A stretch of DNA of 64,000 bases. Origin: Isurus oxyrinchus (Eukaryota). Both the position numbers and the translations under genes were made by a program. The notes below the pieces were generated by a model. It ran no database searches, had not been told where the DNA came from, and saw only the letters and a list, made by a program, of their open reading frames with translations. This document shows, piece by piece, positions 1 to 11,300 of the stretch; within the stretch, counting starts at the first letter, position 1; every line of letters begins with the position of its first letter. Location of the stretch: positions 1,116,001 to 1,180,000 of the forward strand of contig JANJGN010000121.1 of the NCBI GenBank assembly GCA_026770705.1. Reading direction: 5' to 3'.

Positions 1-188
1 GGAGTGAAAGGCTGTAGACCATTTAGACCATTTGTTCCGTATGTAGCTTCTCATTTTCCAGATTCCGACATGTGGTTTCTTTACCAAATCTGATGGATAA
101 CTGTAATGACATGGAATCTGTACACACGAACCTTTCTGCGCTGTCACCTCTCGTGGAGTGTCACCTTTCCACTCTTGTGACAATCCAA
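1..188 (-). CDS. Siglec-like gene S1, V-set Ig exon (truncated by window edge)
   Basis: Acceptor tttctctccccag|TT at 188; translates VGLSQEWKGDTPREVTAQKGSCVQIPCHYSYPSDLVKKPHVGIWKMRSYIRNKWSKWSTAFHS; paralogous to the V exons at 13475, 17859 and 57721. Confidence 0.9.
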
Positions 189-499
189 CTGGGGAGAGAA
201 ATATCAATATTTAACTCTGGATGTTTTGTTGATCCACAAGACTCATTATCCACCCCCTCCATCACTCGGGCACAGTGGCTGCAGTGTGGACCATCTACAG
301 GACACACAATGAACTCCACAAGGTATCACACCAGATGGAAGAGAATCCTGGACACAAAAGCGGAAAAGTTCATTCTACATTGGTTCATGGTCCTCAGGAC
401 CCTGTTTGTGCAGAAGCCTGTTCTCCAACAGAACTGAAGTTGGGACAATGCATTTGGAATTCCACTGTCCGGGGCATTGGGTTAACTTGCTGATTTTGT

Positions 500-1212
500 T
501 TTGCCTAAAGCAAACTAGGCTTGTGAGAAGCCAGAAGATCCTAGGAGACACCACAGGTTGGTGACTCATTACTACGGCCATGTGAAGCCATGGTGTTCCA
601 TTGACACGGCTGAGCATTGGAGAGACAGGGCGTGGAAGGAAGGCTGAATGCACGTGGCGATCCAGGGGGCAGGAACATGGGAAGGAGAGTTTGAAATAGT
701 GAAAGTGGACCCTTGTGGAAGGTGTCTGAGTGAAAGTGTCATGTTGGAGAAGATTCCAAAGCGAGTTCTTGGAGAGTCAGTGAGACTGGTTGTCTCACAG
801 TGTAACAAGCGTCTGGGGTCAGATGAGGAGGGAGACTTGGCATTTGTTTCAAGTGGGTTCTGTCAGTTTCTTTCAGAATGTGGTGTCCCTGACCACAGGT
901 CGTCTATTGGTTTATATCGACTGTGCACTTAGTGTGAACATGAGAATATAAGATAGTTATTGTAACTTGTGTTCTACTTATGAATCTGCAAAGGTATAGA
1001 TCTGGGTGAAGGTGTAATGTAATATAGTTTGTCTTTCCTAGTTTAATAAATGTTTTATTCTTTTGTTAGAAGATCATCAGATGACTCCTGTGACTCTGTT
1101 CAGTAGCCGCACTCCACATTCCTAAATAAAAAATAAAAGTTAGGACCTATCAAGCTGAGTTCCACCCTGGGATCTGACTTGCCCAGTAGTAACATCAGCT
1201 GGGATGATAACA
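500..1212 (+). mobile_element. LTR-like repeat fragment in S1 leader-V intron
   Basis: Near-identical to 19420-20176; contains AATAAA and ends ...GATAACA. Confidence 0.5.
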
Positions 1213-1979
1213 CCATCCAGTCCAAGTTTCACTTTGGCCTGTGAGCAGAACACAGCTCACACAGTTTGGCCGCAGGTGTCTCCCAGCTTTCTATCCTTGT
1301 ATATCTGTTCTCATGTCCCTGTTCTAAATAACTCAACCCACAATGTATTTACCCAATTCCGTATCAGTGGCTGGTGCCTTTATATCATTATAAAAACACA
1401 ACATGGTGATCAGCGGTGGCCAAACATTCTGGCAGCAAGATTCAGTACAGGTATGACATGGTGAACAGCCTTAGATCGAACTACATGGCATGAGACGACC
1501 CTCGACGCTTTGGTCAGACCACAACAGAGACACAGCATCAGAGAGGGTTGAAATCGCAGTGTACTGACTGCTCAGGAAACCTTTGAAGACACAGTGACGG
1601 GAAAGAGCTCAAGTAAAGAGCTGGGGAGCAGACGGATCCCTCGTGGTGAGATTACAGCACACGGCCTGTAGGTCAGTGAGTGGGACAGTGTGTATTGCCA
1701 GGACCAGCAGCGGGTTAGCTCAGTCAGGGAAGGCGAGTGACCAGGGTGTGGGCTGGATCGATAGTGAGCGAGGGAGATTCAAACACACAAAAACCATTAT
1801 AAAAATCAGCCCAGAGAAGTTAGTGATTATAACGGGCGGCTTTGAGATTGATGAACAGCAAATTGAATAAAAAACAAAGACTCCATTACTCCGTGGTGTG
1901 TTCCTGCCACAACCCGTCTCCGTGGGCGGAGCTTCAGAAAAGCGCACAAAAGGGGCTAAAGCGACACTCATCCCGGGTC

Positions 1980-3540
1980 CTGTAGAAGAAGGAACGTCAA
2001 AGGAATATTGTCAGAATGTCCACGAAATTCCCCAGTTTGAACTGGGATGTAGCTGACCGACTATCTGAATTCAGAATGTTTAAACAGCGTACAGAGCTCT
2101 GGTTTCCTGATTCAGGTGTGACTGAACCAGACGAACCACCCATAAAAATTCACCTCGCGATTGGGAATGAAGGTCTACACAGGCTGAACACGTCAGGATT
2201 AACAGCAGAAGAGCGAAAGGATCCCCAATAGATATGGACGACATTGGAAGACAGGTTCAGAATCAGGTGAAACTCCATATTCATCAACTAGAGTTTATGT
2301 CATTTCATCAGCCTACACAATCCATAGACCACTTCATCAGCCGATGTAGAGAAAAGGGTACGCACTGTGATTTCAAACACAGAGCCTGCAGACACAGTTG
2401 TTGAGTTGGTGATCGCATCCACTCCCATGGAAGCCTTCCAGAAAGATCTGCTAGATAAGACCAAAACCTATAGCATTGAAGAGTTACTCTAGGATGGACA
2501 TAAATACGAAGTGATCCTCGCAGGTCAACGAAGCTTATAGGTCCTCAGTACAACATCAATTGTTGGCACACTCACTAGAACATCCAAACCTAGTGAGTCG
2601 TGTGGAAGGTGTGGCCTTCTGCGGACACCAAGGAAATGCCCAGCTTTCCACCAATCCATCAAGGCTTGTGGCAGAAAGGGCCATTGACAGCGGCAGGGCA
2701 CTAGAGCAAAGGCTGATGCAGCTACAAAGAGCCGTGCGCTGATCCAAACAAACCCTGCACAACGGGGAACCTTCAAGCAATAAGAATGACCATCCGCTAT
2801 CCCATCAGGAACATATACATGTGGTGACTGACAAACCAGGAAATGGCGATGATGTACACGACGAGACTAGGAGCGGTGATCGATATTCCACCTCTCACAC
2901 ATATCCTGACGTGGCTTGTCAATAAATTGTGGATTGTGGTCTTTATTGATCTCTCTGGGCACATCAAATTAACTGAAAATGTTCCCATAGGGGTGGGATT
3001 TTCTGGCCCCACCCACTTCCATGATTGTCCAGTCCGGCCGAAAGCCAATGGATTTATGTCTGTCCCAGTCTCAGAAACTATCCCATCAGCTCAGTTCATG
3101 ACATAACATTGAAATATGCAGACAGATTCAACAATATTGGCAGGTTCAAGGGAGCTGCAACATTACACCTGCAGGAGAATGCAAGTCTGTCAGACTCCTT
3201 GCATTAAAATTAATACAATCCAACTTTGCCACACTATCTTGAGCCTTAAATGGTCAATAATTTCTATGCCTTCCAGTTTCATTTGCTCTCTCTTCTAATT
3301 TTGGCCGTGCATCTCTCTCTGTTGAACCTCCTCTCGGGATCCCATCCCCTGCCATATTAGTTTAAAGCCTCCTCAGTTGCATCAAGGGTGTAATGTCAAT
3401 TGAAACCAGGGACAACATCGAAGAATGACAATCCCACAGATCAATGTGAGCAATTAAAGAAACCTCCAGACAATTTTGCCACCACAAGATCTCGATATAA
3501 CAGCAGATTACCTCTACGCTTTAGAGACTCAAATATTCAA
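1980..3540 (+). mobile_element. Decayed Ty3/Gypsy gag-pol remnant
   Basis: MSTKFPSLNWDVADRLSEFRMFKQRTELWF gag-like start, frameshifts and stops; paralogous to 20617-23400, which retains protease and integrase pieces. Confidence 0.65.
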
Positions 3541-4578
3541 CAGATCTATACACTTATATAATTGTCAAGAAATATGAAAATGATACCAGGAACCTCTTGT
3601 TCCCTGTCCTTCTCAAAGATCCATCCCTGCAGCAGGAGCCTGAAGAGTTACTGATGTGGGGCTTAATTTATCAGATTGTAGAATGATCCGGAAATGAAGG
3701 ATGCCATTTGGCCCATCGAGCCTGTGCTGGGCATTTGAAAGATCTGTCCAATTAGTCCCACTCTAACCTCTGCTCTCTCCTCCACAGCCCTGCAAAATGT
3801 CCCCTTCAAGTATTTATCCAGTTCCCCTTCTGAAAGTTCCTGTTGAATCTGCTTCCACCGCCCTTTCAGGCAGTGAGTCAATGGTCTCTCTCTGAGCTGC
3901 AAAGTGCTAATGTTCTGAGAACTTTAAACTCTGCAGCAGATCAGAAACAATCATGATAACTCAGAATATTTGACAGTTTTCACACGGACAGCTTTACCTT
4001 CCTTCTCTCTTTCAGTTATCTTGCTCCCTTATTGAAGTATCTAGCAAGGTGAGAATGGACAGGAAGTGTGACACTGAACAGCCTGTCTATTCTAGGAGCT
4101 GCTGTGCTGTCTTCATGGGAAATTCTGACAAAATCAGCAAAAGACACTAATTTCAGGCCATTGTTATCCGAGTCCTAACATCGGGATCGACCTCATTCCC
4201 CAGTTTTTATCCCTGATTCTCTATTCAGCCGATCGCTCCCCTGTCACTGGCTGAACTACACTGGCTCCCAGTCCAGCAATGACTCAATTTTCAAATTCTC
4301 ATAATCGATTTCTTACCCCACCATCCCCCCTCTACACTCCCGATCCCTGTAACCTCCTCCAACCCTAAAACCCTCTGAGATCTCTGCTCTCCTCCAATTC
4401 TGCTGTCAGACAGGGAGTCAGTGTATATCACTGAGCACAGGGGTGATGGGTGAATGGGACTTGGTGTGAGTTTGTACACTGGCTCACTGCTGAATCGGTT
4501 CCCAATCACAGCTCAATAAAAATGATCTTTTACAAAGACTATTAGCCATAAACCTGTCCGAGCTGACGATGTTATTAC

Positions 4579-4618
4579 CTTGGAGAAGAGACAGGAGGAA
4601 GTAGGATTTCCCGATCAT
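4579..4618 (-). CDS. S1 signal-peptide exon MIGKSYFLLSLLQ (phase 1; exon 4579-4660)
   Basis: ACAATGA start, 40 nt, AAG|gtaat donor; joins the V exon in frame (Q-V-G-L-S). Confidence 0.85.
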
Positions 4619-4691
4619 TGTCCACTCCCAGATATTTCATAAGCTTCTGACACTCAAACTCTGAAAGAGAAAGGAGTTAATGAGACCTCAC

Positions 4692-5160
4692 CTCTTGTCC
4701 GACAGCTCTCAAGAGATCAGAACTGCTTTTGGACAATGTCTTGACAGACTAATTTGATTCTCTGTGGGATGATAGGTGCTCTGCAGAGAGTTACAAGGCT
4801 TTAAGAAAGAAAAGCAAGGAAGGACTTGCATTTCCATAGCACCTTTCACCAGCTCAGGACGTCCCCAAGCTCATGTCTCTGCACTTCCCTCATCCCTTGA
4901 GCTAGAAAGATGTTCTGTACAACAGACTTGAGTCTCACACCCAGATCTCAATAACCAGTAGAAATCTTTCAAAGGCATCAATCATTGGAATCTGTCTTTA
5001 TAAAGTCACAACAACAACAAAGGACGGTGTTGGTGGTGGAAGTGAATTCCAATCGTTCTGTTACTTACCCAGTACCTGTCCGACTGCTCGCCTGGGGAGG
5101 AACTGCCCACACGCTCTGCTTGGGCTGAATGACCTCTTCCTGTGCTGCCCCCTCTGTGTG
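4692..5160 (-). other. S1 non-coding 5'UTR exons: exon 2 4692-4780 and exon 1 ending at 5069 (5' end undefined)
   Basis: ctgcag|AG...GAG|gtgag and TGG|gtaagt sites; exon 2 conserved in four leader copies, exon 1 in five. Confidence 0.7.
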
Positions 5161-5209
5161 TTTAATTAGAAAGGGTGGATGTGTCACTGTGAGACAAAAT
5201 GAGGAAGTG
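5134..5209 (-). promoter_or_regulatory. S1 candidate promoter: PU.1/Ets site AAAATGAGGAAGTG (5196-5209), TAATTAAA box, second Ets core CAGGAAG
   Basis: Match to the PU.1 consensus; same position upstream of exon 1 in paralogous leaders. Confidence 0.6.
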
Positions 5210-5439
5210 GGTAACCAGTGAGAAGATCGAGGATGTTTTGTGCTCTCAGCAAAACGTTTACCATGTGATGATCTGTCAGCTCATATTTGGGCAGCTGTAG
5301 TCATCAAGCTTCTCCATTGGCTCCATGGGTTTAGACTCCTCCCCCTCACCTCGGAGGATGAAACTCAGGCGATAAGAGTTCCCAATACAGGTCTCTGGCC
5401 CTATGATACATTTCAACGATCCCTGATCATTACGGAGTG

Positions 5440-6723
5440 AGTGCTGCACTGTCAGCGTGACTTTACTGTGGGAGTGCTGCACTGTGGGAGGGTCAGTAAT
5501 GAGGGAGTGCTACACTATCAGAGGGTCAGTAATGTGGGAGGGCTGCACTGTCAGAGGGTCAGTAATGTGGGAGTGCTGCACTGTCGGAGGGTCTCTACTG
5601 AATGAGTTCCGCACAGTTGGAGGGTCAGTATTGAGGGTGTGCCAGACTGTGGGAGGGTTAGTACTGAGGTAGAGCGGAGTGTGAGGAGATATTCTTTCAT
5701 GGCAAAGTTTAACTGGAATTTATTTAAACAGAGATTCTTGTACTGTGTGTTATTGCAAAAGAAATGATTTGAGGAACTAAGTCTTGTTCCCGTGAGCCTA
5801 AAAATAATTTTCAACGATTTCTATGATTTAGCATTGAAACCTGCCTCTTTGGGCACCAGTCTTAATTGAAACAACTCGCACAGCAATGTGGGAGTGTGAG
5901 TACTGAGGGAGTGCTGCACTGTCAGAGGGTCAGTAATGTGGGAGGGCCGCACTGTCAGAGGGTCAGTAATGAGGGAGTGCTGCAACATCAGAGGGTCAGT
6001 AATGAGGGAGTGCTGCACTATCAGAGGGTAAGTAATGTGGGAGTGCTGCACTGTCGGAGGGTCTGTACTGAGTGAGTTCCGCACAGTTGGAGGGTCAGTA
6101 TTGAGAGTGTGCCGGACTGTGGGAGGGTTAGTACTGAGGTAGAGTGGAGCATGAGGATATATCCTTTCATGGCAAAGTTTAACTGGAATTTATTTAAACA
6201 AAGATTCTTGTACTGTGTGTTATTGCAAAAGAAAGGATTTGAGGAACTAAGTCTTGTTCCCGTAAGCCTAAAAATAATTTTCAACTATTTCAATGATTTA
6301 GCAATGAAACCTCCCTCTTTGGGCACCAGTCTTGATTGAAACAACTCGCACAGCACTGTGGGAGGGGGAGTACTGAGGGTGTGCTGCACTGTGGGAGGGT
6401 GTGTACAGAGGGAGGGCTGCACTGTGGGAGGGTGAGAATTGAGGGTGTGCTGCACTGTGGGAGCATCAGTACTGAGGGAGTGCTGAATTGTCGTAAGGTC
6501 AGTAGTGAGGGAGGGATACAGTATCAGAGGATCAGTACTGAGGGAATGCTGCACTGTGGGTGGGTGAGTACTGAGGGAGTGCTGCACTGTCAGAAGGTCA
6601 GTGCTGACGGGGTGCTGCACTTGAAAAGGGTCAATAATGAGGTAGTGCAGCACTGTCAGAGGGACAGTAATGAGGGAGCGCTGCACTGACGGAGGGTCAG
6701 CACTGAGGAAACGCTGCACTGTC
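5440..6723 (+). repeat. 33-bp minisatellite arrays embedded in a ~470-bp tandem duplication
   Basis: Unit GGGAGTGCTGCACTGTCAGAGGGTCAGTACTGA; spacer 5680-5885 repeated at 6150-6355. Confidence 0.9.
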
Positions 6724-7105
6724 AGTTCTGAGCATGGTCTGCACTGTCCTAAGTGCATTCTAGGCACTGCCCAAGGTTCCGGCTGATGTCCGTGTAACAA
6801 CAACATCATGTACACGTCGAGAATATTTCTCACTGTGTCGGTGCAGCAAGACAGCTTTGGAATGGCACCACCACTGGCAGGAGTGTGCAACTACAATGTG
6901 ACATGTTTACATGGGAAATTTTTATTATAAAGATGGGCACAGGAATTCATATGATAGAGAATATGTGACAACATGAAGTAATGTCTTTGAGCCAAAAATT
7001 TGGTTGCAAAATAAGAATTTTAATCTATAAATATCTACAGAAAAGGCTGAGCATTTTAATCACTTGAGGAAATCAATGTAATTTTATTCATAACCCAAAT
7101 GCTTC

Positions 7106-7425
7106 TTACAATCTATCGCAGCATGAAAAAGGTGCAGCATTCAGAAAGCACATTCCAATCAGAGAACAGAGTTTAGCAACGTCACATTTCTGTTCATTCC
7201 TATTCGACCATGTTGGCTGCACACAGCCAGACAATGCCGTGGTTATGATGTGTCCACACAGCAGGACTGGGGAGCACCAGGTATAAGGAAAAGTTTCAGC
7301 TTGCTGAGGAGAAGAAGGAGAATCTCTCGTTGCAGGTTTCTCTCCGTACATTAAGAAGCAGGCATGCCGATGTTTCATTGCACTCTGTCTGCTGATGGGA
7401 GTCCGCTTGGAAATTGCTGTTTGTG
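7106..7425 (-). other. Probable non-coding terminal exon of S2
   Basis: Acceptor ttctttccatcag| at 7425; 7117-7225 is homologous to the S4 3'UTR at 44055-44165. Confidence 0.5.
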
Positions 7426-7439
7426 CTGATGGAAAGAAT

Positions 7440-8045
7440 AAGCTTTTCATAAATCGAGGGATTGAGAACAAACACAGGGAGGTTATGCTGAACATTTATA
7501 AAGCTCTGGTTAGGTCACAACTAGAGTATTGTGTCCAGTTCTGGTCTCCTCACTTTGGGAAGGAAGTGAGGGTCCTTGAGAGGATGGGGAGGAGATTGAG
7601 CAGAATGGGTCCAGGGATGAGGGATTTTAGCTACAAGGTTGGGTTGGAGAAGCTGGGGTTGTTCTCCTTGGAGCAAAGGAGATTGAGGGGGGATCTGATC
7701 GAGGTGTAAGAGATGATGATGGGTTTAGATAAGGCAGACAAAGAGAAGCTGTTGCCATTAGCTGATGGTACAAGGACTGGGGGACACAGATTGAAGGTTT
7801 TGGGCAGAGGGGGGATGTGAGGAGGAACTTTTTTACACAGTGAGTGGTAATGAGCTGGAACTCGCTGCCTACGAGGATGGTGGAAGTGGAGACGATGAAC
7901 GATTTCAAAAGGAAATTGGATGGACACTTGAGGGGAAATAAACTTGCAGAGATACGGGGATAGAGAGGGGGAAATGGGACTGACTGGATTGCTTTACAGA
8001 GAGGCAGCATGGACTCAATGGGCTGAATGGGCTCCCACTGTGCTG
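7440..8045 (+). mobile_element. CR1 LINE 3' fragment
   Basis: NIYKALVRSQLEYCVQFWSPH...LGLFSLEQRRLRGDLIEV RT C-terminus and GGGCTGAATGG 3' motif. Confidence 0.9.
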
Positions 8046-8166
8046 GAATGCCTCTCTGATACGAAGGTGATTCTAACCAGGACACTGACCAGTTTCATTA
8101 CAACTTAACCCAACATCACACGTTATTTGTCCGCACTGACTGACCAGATTGTTGCTGTACAAAGCT

Positions 8167-8306
8167 TCAAACAGTCTGTCGACTTCCTTTCACTGTTTGT
8201 CTCTCCCAGACACAGACTCCAGCGATAGTGATAACCACAGCCACAAGGAATATCACAGCTTGTATTCCCAGGATCAGGATCACGTGCAGAATCTCTCCTC
8301 CACTGT
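8167..8306 (-). CDS. S2 transmembrane plus short cytoplasmic tail exon
   Basis: ttctctag|AC; (Y)SGGEILHVILILGIQAVIFLVAVVITIAGVCVWERQTVKGSRQTV*; no Tyr in the tail. Confidence 0.85.
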
Positions 8307-11300
8307 CTAGAGAACACACAGAAAGAAATCATCACTGACTCTCCGCTTTCAATCTCTCACTCTGGCTGAACAATCAAGCTTCATATCACTGCAACATTTG
8401 CTGTAATATTGACCCATCCACTGGGATTCAATGTGGAATGAATGTTTTCATTGTAAACACTCTAAGAGTGGACAATCGGAACTTTCCCCTTAGCGTGGAA
8501 CATTGGTGAGAATGGATCATTGTGCTGTTGGACTCCCTGTCCAATGTTTCTCTCCATCGCTGTGTACAGGATTGTGCTGTAGAAAATTCTGGAAACGTTT
8601 AGTGCAGGGTGGAAATCCATCTCGGACGTGTGTGCGAATCGGGCAGGATCGAGATGGACTCCCCCACGGAGTTACACCCCCCGCTTAATAAACAGTTCCA
8701 ATCTTTACCCAGAGAGAGGGGAGAATGTGGAACTCACTCCCACAGGGAGTGGTTGAGGTGAACAGTATCGATGTATTTAAGGGGCAGGAGGGTCGGTAAC
8801 CAGAGGGACACAGATTGACCAACTGGAGGGGGAGATGAGGAGAATTTGTTTTGACAGAGCGAGTTGTTGTGATCTGGAAGGTGCTGCCTGAAAGGGCGGT
8901 GGAAGCAGATTCAATAGGAACTTTCAAAAGGGAAATTGGATAAACACTTGAAGGAAGAAGATGGGGGCAATGTGGAGTGGTGGTTAGTGGATCTGATTGG
9001 ATAGAACATTGAAAGACCTGGCACAGGCTCAATGGGCTGAATGGCCTCCTCCTGTGCTGTACCATTCTCTGCTTCCATGATCTCTCCCCCAGTTAGTAAC
9101 CACTCCAGATCCCTCTTGAAGGCAACAGAGAAACAGCAACCACCACACCCACTGACAGCACATTCCCGAAGATCCCGACTCTCTGGGAAAAGATGAACTC
9201 CCCAACATCCAGCCTATTCCTGCTTCCTGGAGAGTGTAAACCCTTCCCAGAGCGCGGATGAACCTTTCAATAAACTGTATTATCAAATCTACCATTTGAT
9301 ATATAAGTTAATTTTGATGACCTTACAGCATGTGTAGCAAATTGTGAAGTGAAGTTGGCTGAAAAGCTGGGAGGTGCAAGGTTAAGCACCACAGTGCCAC
9401 CACTGGTGGGAGGATGTAAAGACAGTGTGACGTTTACATAGGATGCCCCCATTATAAATAGGGTCATTGGACATGATGGCAAAACTGAACACTGGAAAGG
9501 TGAGAAAATGAAGTAAGCTTTTCACTAACAGGAAATCCCTTCCTAAACTTCCTTATCGCTCCCTTTCTCTCAGATACACAAAAAATTTGACACAGGGCAT
9601 TATAAGGAGGAGTTAGGACAGGCAAGAGTGAGGGATTAGGAAGCTTCTTAAAGGAGGGGAGAGATACACGGAGAGGTGGGGAGTATCTGTTGGAATCTTT
9701 GTGCATGTGAGTTTCTGGAATAGACTTTGTAATTTGGATATTCTTCGATAAATATGAATGGGAACACAAATCCCAGAATCCAGGAGAACTCTCCAGTGCA
9801 GTACTGAGGGAGGTCAGGTAACTCACAGGGGAGTGTGTACTACTGTGTTAGTGTGTGAGTGTGTCTTTCTGTGTGCTCATGAGTGTGGGATTGTGTGTGT
9901 GCATGCACTTTGGGTCTGTACATTTGTGAGTGCTTGTGTGTGTGTGTGGGAGAGCATCTGAGTATATGTGTTTGGAGATGAGAGAAATATTAAAGTCTGT
10001 GTACACTCACATTCCACAGTGATGGTTATGAACCCCTCCACTGCTCCATGTTCATTCTCTGCCACACACTGATATTCTCCAGTGTCCCTGGATGTAACAT
10101 GAGGAATCACCAACCACAGCTCATTGTTGGAACTTGTTCTGTTCATTGGGACATTAAGATGTCGCCACATCAGGTTAGAAGCTGGGGAGCTCTCGACAGA
10201 GCAGATTATCACTGCAGAATTCCACTCAATTATACTGATTGATGAAGCGTTAATCATATCTGGAGAAGTAATTGAGAGATTCCGTGGAGCGTCTAAAAAC
10301 AAATACAGATCAGTTAACTTACACTGACTGTGAAGCACTTTGAAAGACACTGAGAATGTGAAAGGTGTGATGTCAATGTAGGTTCTTTCACCACATAGCC
10401 CGTAATCCAGGCAGACACTTCAGTTCAGTATTGAGGGCGTGCTGCACTGTCAGAGGGTCAGTACTGAGGGAGTGCTGCACTGTCAGAGAGTCAGTACTGA
10501 GGGCGTGCTGCACTGTCAGAGGGTCAGTACTGAGGGAGTGCTGCACTGTCAGAGGGTCAGTCCTGAGGGAGTGCTGCACTGTAGGAGGGACAGTACTGTG
10601 GGAGCACTGCACTGTAGGAGGGTTACTGCTGAGATAAAACTGCACAGTCAGAGCGTCAGTTCTGATTGACCAGTGCAATGTTGGAGGAGCACTACTGAGG
10701 GATCATTACACTATTAGAGAGTCAGTAATGAGGGAGTGCTGCACTGTAGAAGGGTCAGTGCTGAGGAGGCAAACATGCTGTTATGTGTGTACTATAGGCC
10801 TCCTGTGATAATGTGGAGTGCCAGGTACCTTTAAGAGAATACAAGTGGATAAACCATGTGACAGTACTGACCAATCACTGGACAGTGTGGGCCACTGGTT
10901 AACTGTAAGTCTAGAGCTGGAGGTGGCTGTGGGAGCAGGCAAGGATTTAGTGCTCTGCCCTCTGTTACAATAAATAATCAGCTTGTTCTAATGTCGGTCT
11001 CTCTTGGTTATTGATAGCGAGCATCAGCTAAGAATAACTCAACAGGTCTGGCAGCTTCGGGGGAGAAGAAAAGAGTTGATGTTTCGAGTCCTCATGACCC
11101 TTCGACAGAACTGAGGTCATGAGGACTCGAAACGTCAACACTTTTCTTAGTGCAAGATGGAAATCCATCTCGGACGCGTGTGCGAATCGGGCAGGATCGA
11201 GATGGACTCCCCCACGGACTTACACCCCCCGCTTAATAAACAGTTCCAATCTTTACCCAGAGAGAGGGGAGAATGTGGAACTCGCTCCCACAGGGAGTGG

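Noticed and set aside
72-437. Recurrent plus-strand ORFs (MDNCNDMESVHTNL…, MFILCHTL…, MLELVLF…)
   Set aside because: Antisense shadows of the duplicated V and C2 exons; conservation is explained by the minus-strand coding frame
9090-9230. Hydrophobic stretch as an extra TM exon of S2
   Set aside because: Resembles a decayed CR1 3' region, and splicing from the C2 exon would create TGA at the junction
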